Source: Candidatus Nealsonbacteria bacterium
Lineage (GTDB): Bacteria; Patescibacteriota; Minisyncoccia; Minisyncoccales; JANBVM01
Assembly: GCA_026016225.1 (NCBI GenBank)
Contig: CP061210.1
Coordinates: 593,131-657,130 of the forward strand
Length of the DNA: 64,000 bases
Direction: 5' to 3'
Positions 9,061 to 17,505 of this stretch are shown here, in pieces (the stretch's first letter is position 1; each line of letters opens with the position of its first letter). The position numbers and the translations under genes were made by a program. Below the pieces are notes generated by a model. It worked only from the letters and a program-made list of their open reading frames with translations. It did not search any database and was not told the DNA's origin.

Positions 9061-9088
9061 TCCTTCGGCGCGGGCTCAGGACAACTTA

Positions 9089-9604
9089 TCACAACGCCTC
9101 CAAATCAACCAAAGCTTTTTCGTATACATCTAAAACCCTTTTTGACTCTTTTATATCCAAGCGATAACTTATATCATGAACAATATTCAAACATACTTTG
9201 TGAGCCTCTCTGACTTCTTCAATATTCTCAATAACGTTGGTAGTTAACTTGTTTAATCTCTCTTCTAAAGTCTGACCTAAAAAACCCTCTTTTTGTAAAA
9301 TATCGTTCAAAATAGCTTCTGCTTCAATTATGGCTAACTTTGCTTCAGGTTCACTGCCTGTATCCAATTTTTCTCTAATCTTAACCCATTTCTTATCGAT
9401 TCTTGGTAATCCATAATGTCGAAAAGTTAAGTATTCTTTAATGTCCCAAAATATTAGTCTTTTTAACCAGGTGGTTCTAAGTAAAACAAGAACAATTGTT
9501 ACAATGAAAAATAAATTTAGAGCTAAAAAGATAAATTTTACAATCAAAAGCCAGTCAGGAAGAATGGGGTTTAAAATAAATTGAATTATATTATCTAAGG
9601 TCAT
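9089..9604 (-). CDS. hypothetical membrane-anchored protein
   Basis: 171-aa ORF with an N-terminal TM segment (WLLIVKFIFLALNLFFIVTIVLVLL) and a helical C-terminus. I recognise no family. Confidence 0.45.
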   Translation of the reverse strand: MTLDNIIQFILNPILPDWLLIVKFIFLALNLFFIVTIVLVLLRTTWLKRLIFWDIKEYLTFRHYGLPRIDKKWVKIREKLDTGSEPEAKLAIIEAEAILNDILQKEGFLGQTLEERLNKLTTNVIENIEEVREAHKVCLNIVHDISYRLDIKESKRVLDVYEKALVDLEAL

Positions 9605-9615
9605 AAATGTATTCT

Positions 9616-11055
9616 TTAAATATATTCTTTTTCCAAAACCTCAGCTATATTCATTATCTTTTCCTCCTCAAAGGGCTTCCCAATAATTTGCAAGCCAACA
9701 GGTAAATTTTGAACTCTACCGCAGGAAACGGATATTGCAGGCAATCCAGCTAAATTAACAGAGGCAGTGAAAATATCAGATAAATACATTTGTAAGGGGT
9801 CTTTGGCTCTCTCTCCTAATTTAAATGCAGGGGTTGGAGAAGTAGGAGTAAAAATAACATCGACTTTTTCAAAGGCTTTATCAAAATCTTTTTTAATTAA
9901 TGTTCTAACTTTTTGGGCTCTTACATAATAAGCTTCATAATAACCCGAGGACAGAGCATATGTCCCTAACATTATTCTTCTTCTCACCTCATTTCCAAAA
10001 CCTTCTCCCCTACTTTTTAAATAAACATTCAATAAATTGTTGGATTGTTTGATTGTTGGATTGTTGGATATTGAGTATCCGTATTTAATTCCATCATAAC
10101 GAGCAAGATTGGCACTAGCTTCAGAAGGAGCAATTATATAATAACACGGTAAAGCATATTCTGTATGAGGAAGACTAACTTCTTCAATTTTAGCTCCTTC
10201 TTTTTCATATTTTTTTATTGCCTTTTTTATTAATTTTATCACTTCAGGGTCAGTCCCTTCAACAAAATACTCTTTGGGAACACCAATAACTAAATTGGAA
10301 ATTGGATATTGAATATTGGAAATTTTAGATTCGACTGAAGTAGAATCTAATGGGTCCTTTCCTTTTATAACATCAAATACAATTTTACAATCTTGAACCG
10401 TTTTTGTAATGGGTCCTATCTGGTCTAAAGAAGAAGCAAAAGCAATCAAGCCATATCTTGATACAGAACCATAAGTAGGTTTTAAGCCAACCAGGCCACA
10501 AAAAGAAGCAGGTTGTCTGATTGAACCTCCTGTATCAGAACCTAAAGCAAAAAGGCAAAAATTGGCAGCTACTGCAGCAGCTGACCCTCCTGAAGAGCCT
10601 CCAGGTACTCTGGTTAAATCAATCGGGTTTTTCGTCGGACCAAAAGCAGAATTCTCTGTAGAAGAACCCATTGCAAACTCATCCAGATTTGTTTTGGCCA
10701 AAATTACAGCTCCTTGTTCCTTTAATTCCTTTATACAAGTAGCATCATAGGGAGCTATGTAATTTTCTAAAATCTTAGAACCTGCAGTACATTTTATTCC
10801 CTCCACCAAGATATTATCTTTTATAGCTACCGGACTTCCTGCAAGGAAAGAAATTTCCTTTTCTTTAGAAATCATCTCATCTACCTTTTTTGCTTCAGAG
10901 AGAGCTGAATCTTCAGAAACAGTTAAAAAAGAATGAATTTTTTTATCTTCTTTTTTAATCTTTTCTAAATATGCTTTGGTTAATTCTACTGCCGAAAATT
11001 CTTTTTTTAATAGACCTTGGTGAACTTTTTTTATTGTAAGATTTATTAATTCCAT
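9616..11055 (-). CDS. gatA: Glu/Asp-tRNA amidotransferase subunit A
   Basis: Amidase signature [12 protein letters not shown]...[12 protein letters not shown]. It directly follows gatC. Confidence 0.92.
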   Translation of the reverse strand: MELINLTIKKVHQGLLKKEFSAVELTKAYLEKIKKEDKKIHSFLTVSEDSALSEAKKVDEMISKEKEISFLAGSPVAIKDNILVEGIKCTAGSKILENYIAPYDATCIKELKEQGAVILAKTNLDEFAMGSSTENSAFGPTKNPIDLTRVPGGSSGGSAAAVAANFCLFALGSDTGGSIRQPASFCGLVGLKPTYGSVSRYGLIAFASSLDQIGPITKTVQDCKIVFDVIKGKDPLDSTSVESKISNIQYPISNLVIGVPKEYFVEGTDPEVIKLIKKAIKKYEKEGAKIEEVSLPHTEYALPCYYIIAPSEASANLARYDGIKYGYSISNNPTIKQSNNLLNVYLKSRGEGFGNEVRRRIMLGTYALSSGYYEAYYVRAQKVRTLIKKDFDKAFEKVDVIFTPTSPTPAFKLGERAKDPLQMYLSDIFTASVNLAGLPAISVSCGRVQNLPVGLQIIGKPFEEEKIMNIAEVLEKEYI

Positions 11056-11342
11056 TAAAGTATCTGTTTTACCTTCAGGTATCCGCCCTTTTCTTCGGGT
11101 GCTAATTCTAATAATTTTTTATTTTTTAGTTTTGATTTTTCATCCTCTTTGTCTTCTCTCATTACATTCTTAAGCTTTCCTGAAGAAATAAAAAAATCAA
11201 CACCTGAAATATCAACTTCTTTTAATTTCTCGATATAATCTAAGATCGCAGATAGCTCTTTTTGCATTTCCTCCATTTCTTTTTCACTCAATCCTAATCT
11301 GGCAAGATTAGCTACATGTTGAACTTCTTTTTTGGAAATCAT
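11055..11342 (-). CDS. gatC: Glu/Asp-tRNA amidotransferase subunit C
   Basis: 95 aa starting [22 protein letters not shown], which is GatC-like. Its stop overlaps the gatA start by 1 nt. Confidence 0.85.
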   Translation of the reverse strand: MISKKEVQHVANLARLGLSEKEMEEMQKELSAILDYIEKLKEVDISGVDFFISSGKLKNVMREDKEDEKSKLKNKKLLELAPEEKGGYLKVKQIL

Positions 11343-11352
11343 AAATGTAATA

Positions 11353-12396
11353 TTAATGTGGAGGTTCTAACTCTGCTGTCTCCACCAATACTTCCTCTAA
11401 CTCATCTAAATTCTCTAAAACCATCCCCGCTCCCCTAACAACAGCTGTCATTGGGTCTTCAATAATTCTTGTTGGTATCCTTGTCTCTTTCTGAATTAAT
11501 ACATTTAATCCTCTTAAAAGAGCTCCGCCACCTGACAAATAAATTCCTTTTGTCATTACGTCAGCTAAAAGTTCAGGCGGTGTCTCTTCAATAGCTATTT
11601 TAATTTCTGTCACAATTCTTCCTATAGATTTTTCCATCGCCCTCCTTACTTCCCTATGAGAAATCAAAACTTCTTCAGGAAGACCAGTTACTAAATTTCT
11701 TCCTCGCATTGGAATTTCTTTTTTCTCTTTTAAAAGATGGGCTGAACCTATACCAATTTTAATCATTTCAGCTGTTCTCTCCCCGATTAATAGTTTATAT
11801 TCTTCCTGGGCAAAATGAATTATGTCATCATTAAGCTTATCTCCAGCTATTCTAAGACTTTTTGATAAAACTATACCTCCTAAGGAAATTACTGCCACCT
11901 CTGTTGTACCTCCTCCGATATCGACAATAAAATTCCCGCCTGCTTCCTGAACGGGCAATCTAGCTCCAATGGCTGATGCCATTGGTTCGTCAATTAAGAA
12001 AACTTCTCTTGCTCCCCCCGATTTTGCAGCATCAATCACTGCTTTTTTTTCTACTTCAGTTACTCCGGAAGGTATACCAATGATAATTCTTGGTCTGAGC
12101 CACCTTTTTTTCCTGGTTTTCTCAATAAAATACCTCAGCATTTGTTCTGTGACTTCAAAGTCAGAAACCACTCCGGCCCTTAAAGGTCTGGTTGCCACAA
12201 TATAAGAAGGGGTTCTCCCTACCATTTTTTTAGCTTCAGAACCAATTGCTAAAACCTGACCTGTTTTTTTATTTACAGCAACTATCGAAGGCTCTTGCAT
12301 AACAATACCCCTTCCACGTACATAGACCACAGAGTTGGCAGTACCAAGATCAATAGCAATATCCTCTGATAAAGCTTTAAAGATTTTTTTCAACAT
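11353..12396 (-). CDS. mreB: rod shape-determining actin homolog MreB (copy 1)
   Basis: IAIDLGTANS, DIGGGTTEVAVISLGG and LSGGGALLRGL motifs. Confidence 0.9.
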   Translation of the reverse strand: MLKKIFKALSEDIAIDLGTANSVVYVRGRGIVMQEPSIVAVNKKTGQVLAIGSEAKKMVGRTPSYIVATRPLRAGVVSDFEVTEQMLRYFIEKTRKKRWLRPRIIIGIPSGVTEVEKKAVIDAAKSGGAREVFLIDEPMASAIGARLPVQEAGGNFIVDIGGGTTEVAVISLGGIVLSKSLRIAGDKLNDDIIHFAQEEYKLLIGERTAEMIKIGIGSAHLLKEKKEIPMRGRNLVTGLPEEVLISHREVRRAMEKSIGRIVTEIKIAIEETPPELLADVMTKGIYLSGGGALLRGLNVLIQKETRIPTRIIEDPMTAVVRGAGMVLENLDELEEVLVETAELEPPH

Positions 12397-13687
12397 TCTT
12401 TTTTAAATTAGTAATTTCTATTAATTTTACTCTACTTTCATCTCTTCTTTTTAACTCAACAGAGTTTTTCCTTAACGTCTTTTCAGAAACAACAATCCTC
12501 ATTGGAATACCTATCAAATCACAATCTGCAAACTTTTCTCCTGCTGATTTATCTTTCCTATCATCATATAATATTTCAATATTTTGTTTTTGTCCACCTA
12601 TGCCGGAGGCTACGGCGGATCTACCGCAACTCCTCTTCTGAGAAGCAGAAACGGATAAATCCCTGTATATTTCATCTGCCTTTTTTCTTACATTTTTAGT
12701 ATTATCAAGAGAAATTAAATGAATCTGAAAAGGAGCTATTTCCTTTGGCCAAATAATTCCATTTTTATCGCTATTGACTTCAACCGAGGTTGCCATTAAT
12801 CTGGGAAGGCCAATTCCATAACACCCCATTAAAATAAATTTCTCTTTACCGTCTTTATCTTTATATTTAGCGTTCATATCCTTACTATACTTTGTCCCCA
12901 GATAGAAGATATGTCCTACTTCAATTGATTTTTTAGTCTCCAATGGACTTTTACATTGGGGACATTTTTTGTTTCTACCCATCACTTCAATATTTACTCC
13001 GTAATTACATTTTTTGCAAAGTAAAATCTTATCCTCGCCAATATTAGATATGACCATGAATTCATGAGAAAGCTTGCCGCCAATTGTACCAGAACTTGCT
13101 TCAACGCAAACTGTTTTTAACCCACACCTCTTAAAGATTTTAAAATAAGATTTTTTTATTTTTTCATAAAAATTGACCAAGTCTTTCTTATTAGAATGAA
13201 AACTATATAAATCCTTCATTATAAATTCTATTGTTCTTAAGAGTCCGCCGGTAGCCCGCATTTCATTACGGAATTTATTCTGAATCTGAAAGAGAAAGAA
13301 AGGTAAATCTTGGTAAGAACTAACTCTTTTTCGGACCATATCCACCATTTCCTCTTCATGGGTAGAACCCAAAGCTAATTCTTTATTGTGGCGGTCTTTC
13401 AATTTAAAAAGAGGTGGATCCATAGCATTCCAGCGTTTAGTTTCCTGCCAAAGATTCTTATTTTGAAAAGTTGACAAATATACTTCTTGAGCACCCAGCT
13501 CAAGCATTTCTTCCCGGATAATTTTTTCAATTTTTTTCAAAACTAAAAATCCTAAGGGTAAAAATCTATAAACTCCGCTAATTGATTGCTCAATAAAATC
13601 CCCTTTAATTAAATATTTATGACTAATAGCTATTGCAGTTCTTGCTATTTTCTTTTTAGTTTTTGTGAAAAGTTGGGATTGAAGCAT
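12377..13687 (-). CDS. proS: proline--tRNA ligase, bacterial-type but without the INS editing domain
   Basis: Start MLQSQLF... (ATG at 13687 is preferred over the track start at 13729, which overlaps rseP). Class II motifs and the MGCYGIG motif are present. A CKKC...CPQC knuckle sits where INS normally lies. A GC-rich insert of about 20 aa lies in the anticodon-binding domain. Confidence 0.88.
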   Translation of the reverse strand: MLQSQLFTKTKKKIARTAIAISHKYLIKGDFIEQSISGVYRFLPLGFLVLKKIEKIIREEMLELGAQEVYLSTFQNKNLWQETKRWNAMDPPLFKLKDRHNKELALGSTHEEEMVDMVRKRVSSYQDLPFFLFQIQNKFRNEMRATGGLLRTIEFIMKDLYSFHSNKKDLVNFYEKIKKSYFKIFKRCGLKTVCVEASSGTIGGKLSHEFMVISNIGEDKILLCKKCNYGVNIEVMGRNKKCPQCKSPLETKKSIEVGHIFYLGTKYSKDMNAKYKDKDGKEKFILMGCYGIGLPRLMATSVEVNSDKNGIIWPKEIAPFQIHLISLDNTKNVRKKADEIYRDLSVSASQKRSCGRSAVASGIGGQKQNIEILYDDRKDKSAGEKFADCDLIGIPMRIVVSEKTLRKNSVELKRRDESRVKLIEITNLKKNVEKNL

Positions 13688-13692
13688 ATGTT

Positions 13693-14772
13693 TTAGAAAA
13701 TTCTTGCTATATCTTTTATTGTTACCCAAACCATTAGCAAGAGCAAAGCCATAAAAGAAAAAGCAATCATTTTTTGTTGAATTTTTTCAGAAACTGGTTT
13801 TTTTCTTACGGCCTCAATTGCTAAAAATAAAATTCTACCTCCGTCTACTGCCGGAATAGGTAAAAGATTAAATATGGCTAATTGAATAGAAATTAAAGAT
13901 AGAAAGTTCAAAAAATAAATTAATCCTAATCGTTGAGTCTGAGTTAACATTTGAAAGATTCCAACAGGTCCTACTATCTCTATTCCTGTCCGCTGGCCTA
14001 AAAATAAGTTTTCAAGAGCTTGAATATAAACTTGAATTACAGCCAAAGTAATCTTCCCCGTAGTCACAATTCCTTTAAAAGGAGCTAAATACCAGGGATG
14101 TTTTTGAATTGCCGTCCTAATTAAAGCTACTCCCATTGGTCCCTCACCTTCGGGCGGCAAAATTCTTGGTATTAAAGAAGCTTCGAAAACCTCTTTTTCT
14201 CTCTCAATTATCAAAATAATATTCTGACCTTTATTCTGGTTAATAATCTCTTTTATTTCTTTAATCTTCGTTACATCAAACCTCAAACCTCCAATCTTAA
14301 AACCTTTTATTATATCTCCTACTTTTAAACCCGCAATATCAGCCGGCGAATCTGAAGCTATATCTATAATATTGACTTTAGGATTTAAAAAATTAGAAAT
14401 TTCTTCATCTTCAATCATAACAGGAGCGCCGAGACCAAAGACAATACTAAAAAGAATTGCTGCTATTACCCAAAAAGAAAGCACCCCTCCCAAAGCAATC
14501 AAAAATCTTTTTCCAACCGATTGTCGAGAAAAACTATGAGGATCACGGCTTTTTTCAATCTCTCCCGGCATCCTGACAAAAGCACCGAAGGGCAAAAGAT
14601 TAAGAGAATAAATAGTTTCTCCAATTTTTTTTGCAATTATTCTTGGAGGATAACCTATCCCAAACTCTTCAACTTTTACTCTAAATTTTTTAGCCAATAT
14701 AAAATGACCCAGCTCATGAAGAGTTATTAAACTAATAAGACTGATAAGACCTATTATAAATGTTAAAATCAT
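13693..14772 (-). CDS. rseP: RIP site-2 metalloprotease (RseP/M50 family) with PDZ domain
   Basis: HELGHF zinc motif, a PDZ-like segment (ADIAGLKVGDII) and LLPIPAVDGG. Confidence 0.8.
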   Translation of the reverse strand: MILTFIIGLISLISLITLHELGHFILAKKFRVKVEEFGIGYPPRIIAKKIGETIYSLNLLPFGAFVRMPGEIEKSRDPHSFSRQSVGKRFLIALGGVLSFWVIAAILFSIVFGLGAPVMIEDEEISNFLNPKVNIIDIASDSPADIAGLKVGDIIKGFKIGGLRFDVTKIKEIKEIINQNKGQNIILIIEREKEVFEASLIPRILPPEGEGPMGVALIRTAIQKHPWYLAPFKGIVTTGKITLAVIQVYIQALENLFLGQRTGIEIVGPVGIFQMLTQTQRLGLIYFLNFLSLISIQLAIFNLLPIPAVDGGRILFLAIEAVRKKPVSEKIQQKMIAFSFMALLLLMVWVTIKDIARIF

Positions 14773-14781
14773 CTAACCATT

Positions 14782-15354
14782 TTAACCTTCTATTTCTTTT
14801 TTCTTTTTTTGTACTATTTCTTCAATTTTCTCTTGAAACTCCTTTATCAAATCCTCTAGTTCATCTTTTCCTTTATACTTATCATCTTCACTAAGCTTGC
14901 TTTCTCTAAATGCTTCCTGTATCTCTTTCCAAGCCTCATCTCTCCACTTCCTGATTGTTTTTTTAATCTGTTCTTGTTTCTCAATAACTAAACGAATCAA
15001 ATCATTTCTAAACTCTTCGCTTAAAGGCGGCAGGGTGATTCTAATTAGGGCTTTGTCAACTATTGGTGAAGCCCCTATACTGCTTTTTTCCAAAGACTTT
15101 ACAATTTCCTCGATATAGGATTTGTCCCAGGGTTGAATCAAAATCTCTCTTGGCTGGGGAATTGATATTGCAGCTAACTGCTTCAAAGAATATATCTTGC
15201 CAAAATATCCGACGCTAATATTCTCAACTAAAGAAGGAGAAGCTCTCTCGGCTCTAATTTTTTGCAATTCTCTATTTAAAAAATTGACAACCTTTTCTAA
15301 TTCAGGTTTTATTTTTTCAATAATGTCTTTGTAAGAAATTCTTTCTTCTGACAT
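14782..15354 (-). CDS. frr: ribosome recycling factor
   Basis: 190 aa with typical RRF segments (RASPSLVENISV.YFG, IPQPREILIQPWD). Confidence 0.9.
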   Translation of the reverse strand: MSEERISYKDIIEKIKPELEKVVNFLNRELQKIRAERASPSLVENISVGYFGKIYSLKQLAAISIPQPREILIQPWDKSYIEEIVKSLEKSSIGASPIVDKALIRITLPPLSEEFRNDLIRLVIEKQEQIKKTIRKWRDEAWKEIQEAFRESKLSEDDKYKGKDELEDLIKEFQEKIEEIVQKKKKEIEG

Positions 15355-15362
15355 AAAATGGC

Positions 15363-16280
15363 TTAAAGCTTCATCATTAATATTTCTAAAGCTAATCTTG
15401 GGTTAATGTTCGTGGTTGAAATTACATAAATTGTTTCTTGAATAGCGTCGAGAATGTTTTTTATTTTTAATAAATTTGGTCTGTTTTTAGCAAAAAGTAA
15501 ATTCTTTCTGAAATAAAACAACCAAGCATCCAATGTTTCTTTCAGGTCTTCTTTTTGGGATAATTCTTTAACATATTGAAAACGTAAAGAAAGCGGAGAA
15601 TTTGAAATTTTTTCCAATTTTTTTATCTTTTTCTTTCTCTGTTCTAATTTCTCGGAGTTTTGCAAAAAATTAATAGCTTTTCCGGGTCTCCCTAATGAAA
15701 GTTCAACAATTTGTTTAATATCTTCCTTCGGAACTTTTTTTTGTTTCAAGTAAAGACTTATTTCTTCATTTTTCACGGAGTAAAACTTAACATTTTCACA
15801 CCTTGAAAGGATAGTAGGTAAAAGATAACCTGGATGCTCTGTAATTAAAATTAAAAGACTTTTAGTTTTTGGTTCTTCTAAGCTCTTTAAAAAACAGTTT
15901 TGGGCCTCCCGGGTCATTAAATGAGCTTTATCAACTATTACGCCTAAAAGAGGTGCTTTTATAGGTTTTAAGGATAATTTCCAATTAAGCTCTCTAATCT
16001 GAGCAATTTGAATCTGCTCACGCACCAGAGCAGACCTCGGAGCGGGGGTGTTGCGCCCAACCGAACTTTGTTCTGGTCTGGGATGTTTTGTTCTTGGGAC
16101 AATCAAAATAAAATCTGGATGACGAGACAGTTCTTCTTTAAAAAGAGAAGAAATTAGCTCTAAAGCTATTGTTCTTTTACCTAACTCTTCGGGTCCGGTA
16201 AACAGTAAAGCATGAGGAATTTTTCCTGAGCTAACTATTTTTTTTAAAAACTCTTGTTGTTTTTTATGGCCAATAATCAC
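15363..16280 (-). CDS. holB: DNA polymerase III delta-prime subunit
   Basis: HALLFTGPEELGKRT P-loop-like start, HPDF, and the SLEEP...ILSRC sensor region. It contains a GC-rich insert of about 20 aa. Confidence 0.7.
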   Translation of the reverse strand: MIIGHKKQQEFLKKIVSSGKIPHALLFTGPEELGKRTIALELISSLFKEELSRHPDFILIVPRTKHPRPEQSSVGRNTPAPRSALVREQIQIAQIRELNWKLSLKPIKAPLLGVIVDKAHLMTREAQNCFLKSLEEPKTKSLLILITEHPGYLLPTILSRCENVKFYSVKNEEISLYLKQKKVPKEDIKQIVELSLGRPGKAINFLQNSEKLEQRKKKIKKLEKISNSPLSLRFQYVKELSQKEDLKETLDAWLFYFRKNLLFAKNRPNLLKIKNILDAIQETIYVISTTNINPRLALEILMMKL

Positions 16281-17278
16281 TGTTTCTTCCTCATTATTGT
16301 TTTTTTATAGAGGTCTAAATTTTCTAACATTACTCCTGTTCCCTTTGCTACGCATAAAGACGGGTCCTCAACTAAAATAGCTGGAACACCTATGGATTTG
16401 GCAATTAATTCTGGAAGATTATCTAATAGAGAACCTCCTCCTGTCATTACCATCCCTTTATTCATGATATCAGCCGACAGTTCAGGTGGAGTATCTCTAA
16501 GTACTAATTTAATTACGTGAATAATCTCGGAAAGAATATCAGAGAGGGCTTCGCACATATCATTTGACGAAATTTTAATATTTTTAGGTAATCCTAAAGA
16601 CATATCTCTTCCTCGAATCTCCATCTTTTTTTCTTCCTTCTCGGGAAGAGCGGTACCGATTCTCTTCTTTATCTCCTCTGATGTTTGTTCTCCGATAGCT
16701 AAATTGTATTTCTTCCTAATATAATCAGAAATAGCAATATCCATTTTATCTCCTGCTATTCTTATAGAATGAAAATTAACAATTCCACCCAAAGAAATCA
16801 CTGCAGCTTCAGTTGTCCCTCCCCCAATATCAACAATCATATTACCGGAACAACTATCAATTGGAACCCCCGCTCCAATAGCTGCTAAGATGGGCTCTTT
16901 CGCTAAATAAACTGTTTTCGCTCCGACATTCATGCCGGCTTCAATTACCGCCCTTTTTTCAGTAGAAGTAATACCGGCTGGAACACCAATCATCAAATCT
17001 GGCTTGAAAAGGCGAAAATGACCCATCGTTTTATCAATAAAATGTTTAAGCATTGCCTGGGTTACTCTAAAATCAGCAATCACTCCGTCCTTAAGAGGTC
17101 GATAAATACGGATTGTATCGGGAGTACGTCCCATCATTTCTTTAGCTTCTCTTCCCACAGCTAAAATCTCATTCTCTGCTATGGCTACTGCCACTACTGA
17201 TGGTTCTTGTAAAACCACTCCTTTTTTAGGAATAAAAACAACTGAATTGCAGGTTCCTAAATCAATACCAATTCTCAT
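16277..17278 (-). CDS. MreB-like actin homolog (copy 2)
   Basis: MRIGIDLGTCNS, DIGGGTTEAAVISLGG and MTGGGSLLDNL motifs. It lacks the N-terminal extension of copy 1. Confidence 0.85.
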   Translation of the reverse strand: MRIGIDLGTCNSVVFIPKKGVVLQEPSVVAVAIAENEILAVGREAKEMMGRTPDTIRIYRPLKDGVIADFRVTQAMLKHFIDKTMGHFRLFKPDLMIGVPAGITSTEKRAVIEAGMNVGAKTVYLAKEPILAAIGAGVPIDSCSGNMIVDIGGGTTEAAVISLGGIVNFHSIRIAGDKMDIAISDYIRKKYNLAIGEQTSEEIKKRIGTALPEKEEKKMEIRGRDMSLGLPKNIKISSNDMCEALSDILSEIIHVIKLVLRDTPPELSADIMNKGMVMTGGGSLLDNLPELIAKSIGVPAILVEDPSLCVAKGTGVMLENLDLYKKTIMRKKQ

Positions 17279-17295
17279 AGTAGTGCTAATACATA

Positions 17296-17392
17296 ATCAG
17301 GTCGCTCGCCTTCGGCGAAAGCCTGTTTTCCTACATGGGGGAAACCTGAGAGTGGTGGACACTCACTCTCGCCCCCCCCCTCCGATATAGGA
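17296..17392 (-). promoter_or_regulatory. GC-rich structured leader upstream of mreB copy 2
   Basis: Minus strand reads ...UAUAUCGGAGGGGGGGGGCGAGAGUGAGUGUCCACCACUCUCAGGUUUCCCCC...CAGGCUUUCGCCGAAGGCGAGCGACCUG. Hairpins are GAGAGUG/CACUCUC and UCGCC-GAA-GGCGA. It shares a motif of about 35 nt with the rpsQ leader. Confidence 0.4.
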
Positions 17393-17505
17393 AAGTCTGT
17401 TTAAAAGATTATCTTTTTCCTCTTTAAAGATAACTTATCTTTTCAAATTTTGCAACTTTCAAAAAAAAAGAAGTCAAAAAATAGTCCTCTATAAGTTAAT
17501 GGCTC

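Noticed and set aside
8933-9133. 66-aa plus-strand ORF in the track
   Set aside because: It lies antisense across two tRNA genes and their promoter, and starts at TTG. Its open frame is explained by the GC-rich tRNA sequence.
10035-10075. Octamer tandem repeat (ccaacaat, 4 copies on the coding strand) inside gatA, and the related aattggaa/atattgaa repeats at about 10295-10330, as possible insertions
   Set aside because: Both are AT-rich, in frame, and fall in regions where GatA homologs also have variable linkers of similar length. I treat them as low-complexity slippage, not as mobile elements.
12377-13729. Track start of proS at 13729 (MGNNKRYSKNFLKH...), and similar long track starts for secY, rplO, rplM, rpsL, rplE and secE
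   Set aside because: The conserved N-termini begin at internal ATGs, and the longer versions overlap the upstream gene. Coordinates were trimmed accordingly.
17296-17392. SRP (4.5S) RNA or a known riboswitch in the mreB-2 leader
   Set aside because: The segment CAGGCUUUCGCCGAAGGCGAGCGACCUG superficially recalls SRP domain IV. However, there is no GNRA-capped helix with the conserved AGCA/GGAA loops, and the 5' and 3' ends do not pair into one long hairpin. CCUGAGAG, which is TPP-like, is on the wrong strand.
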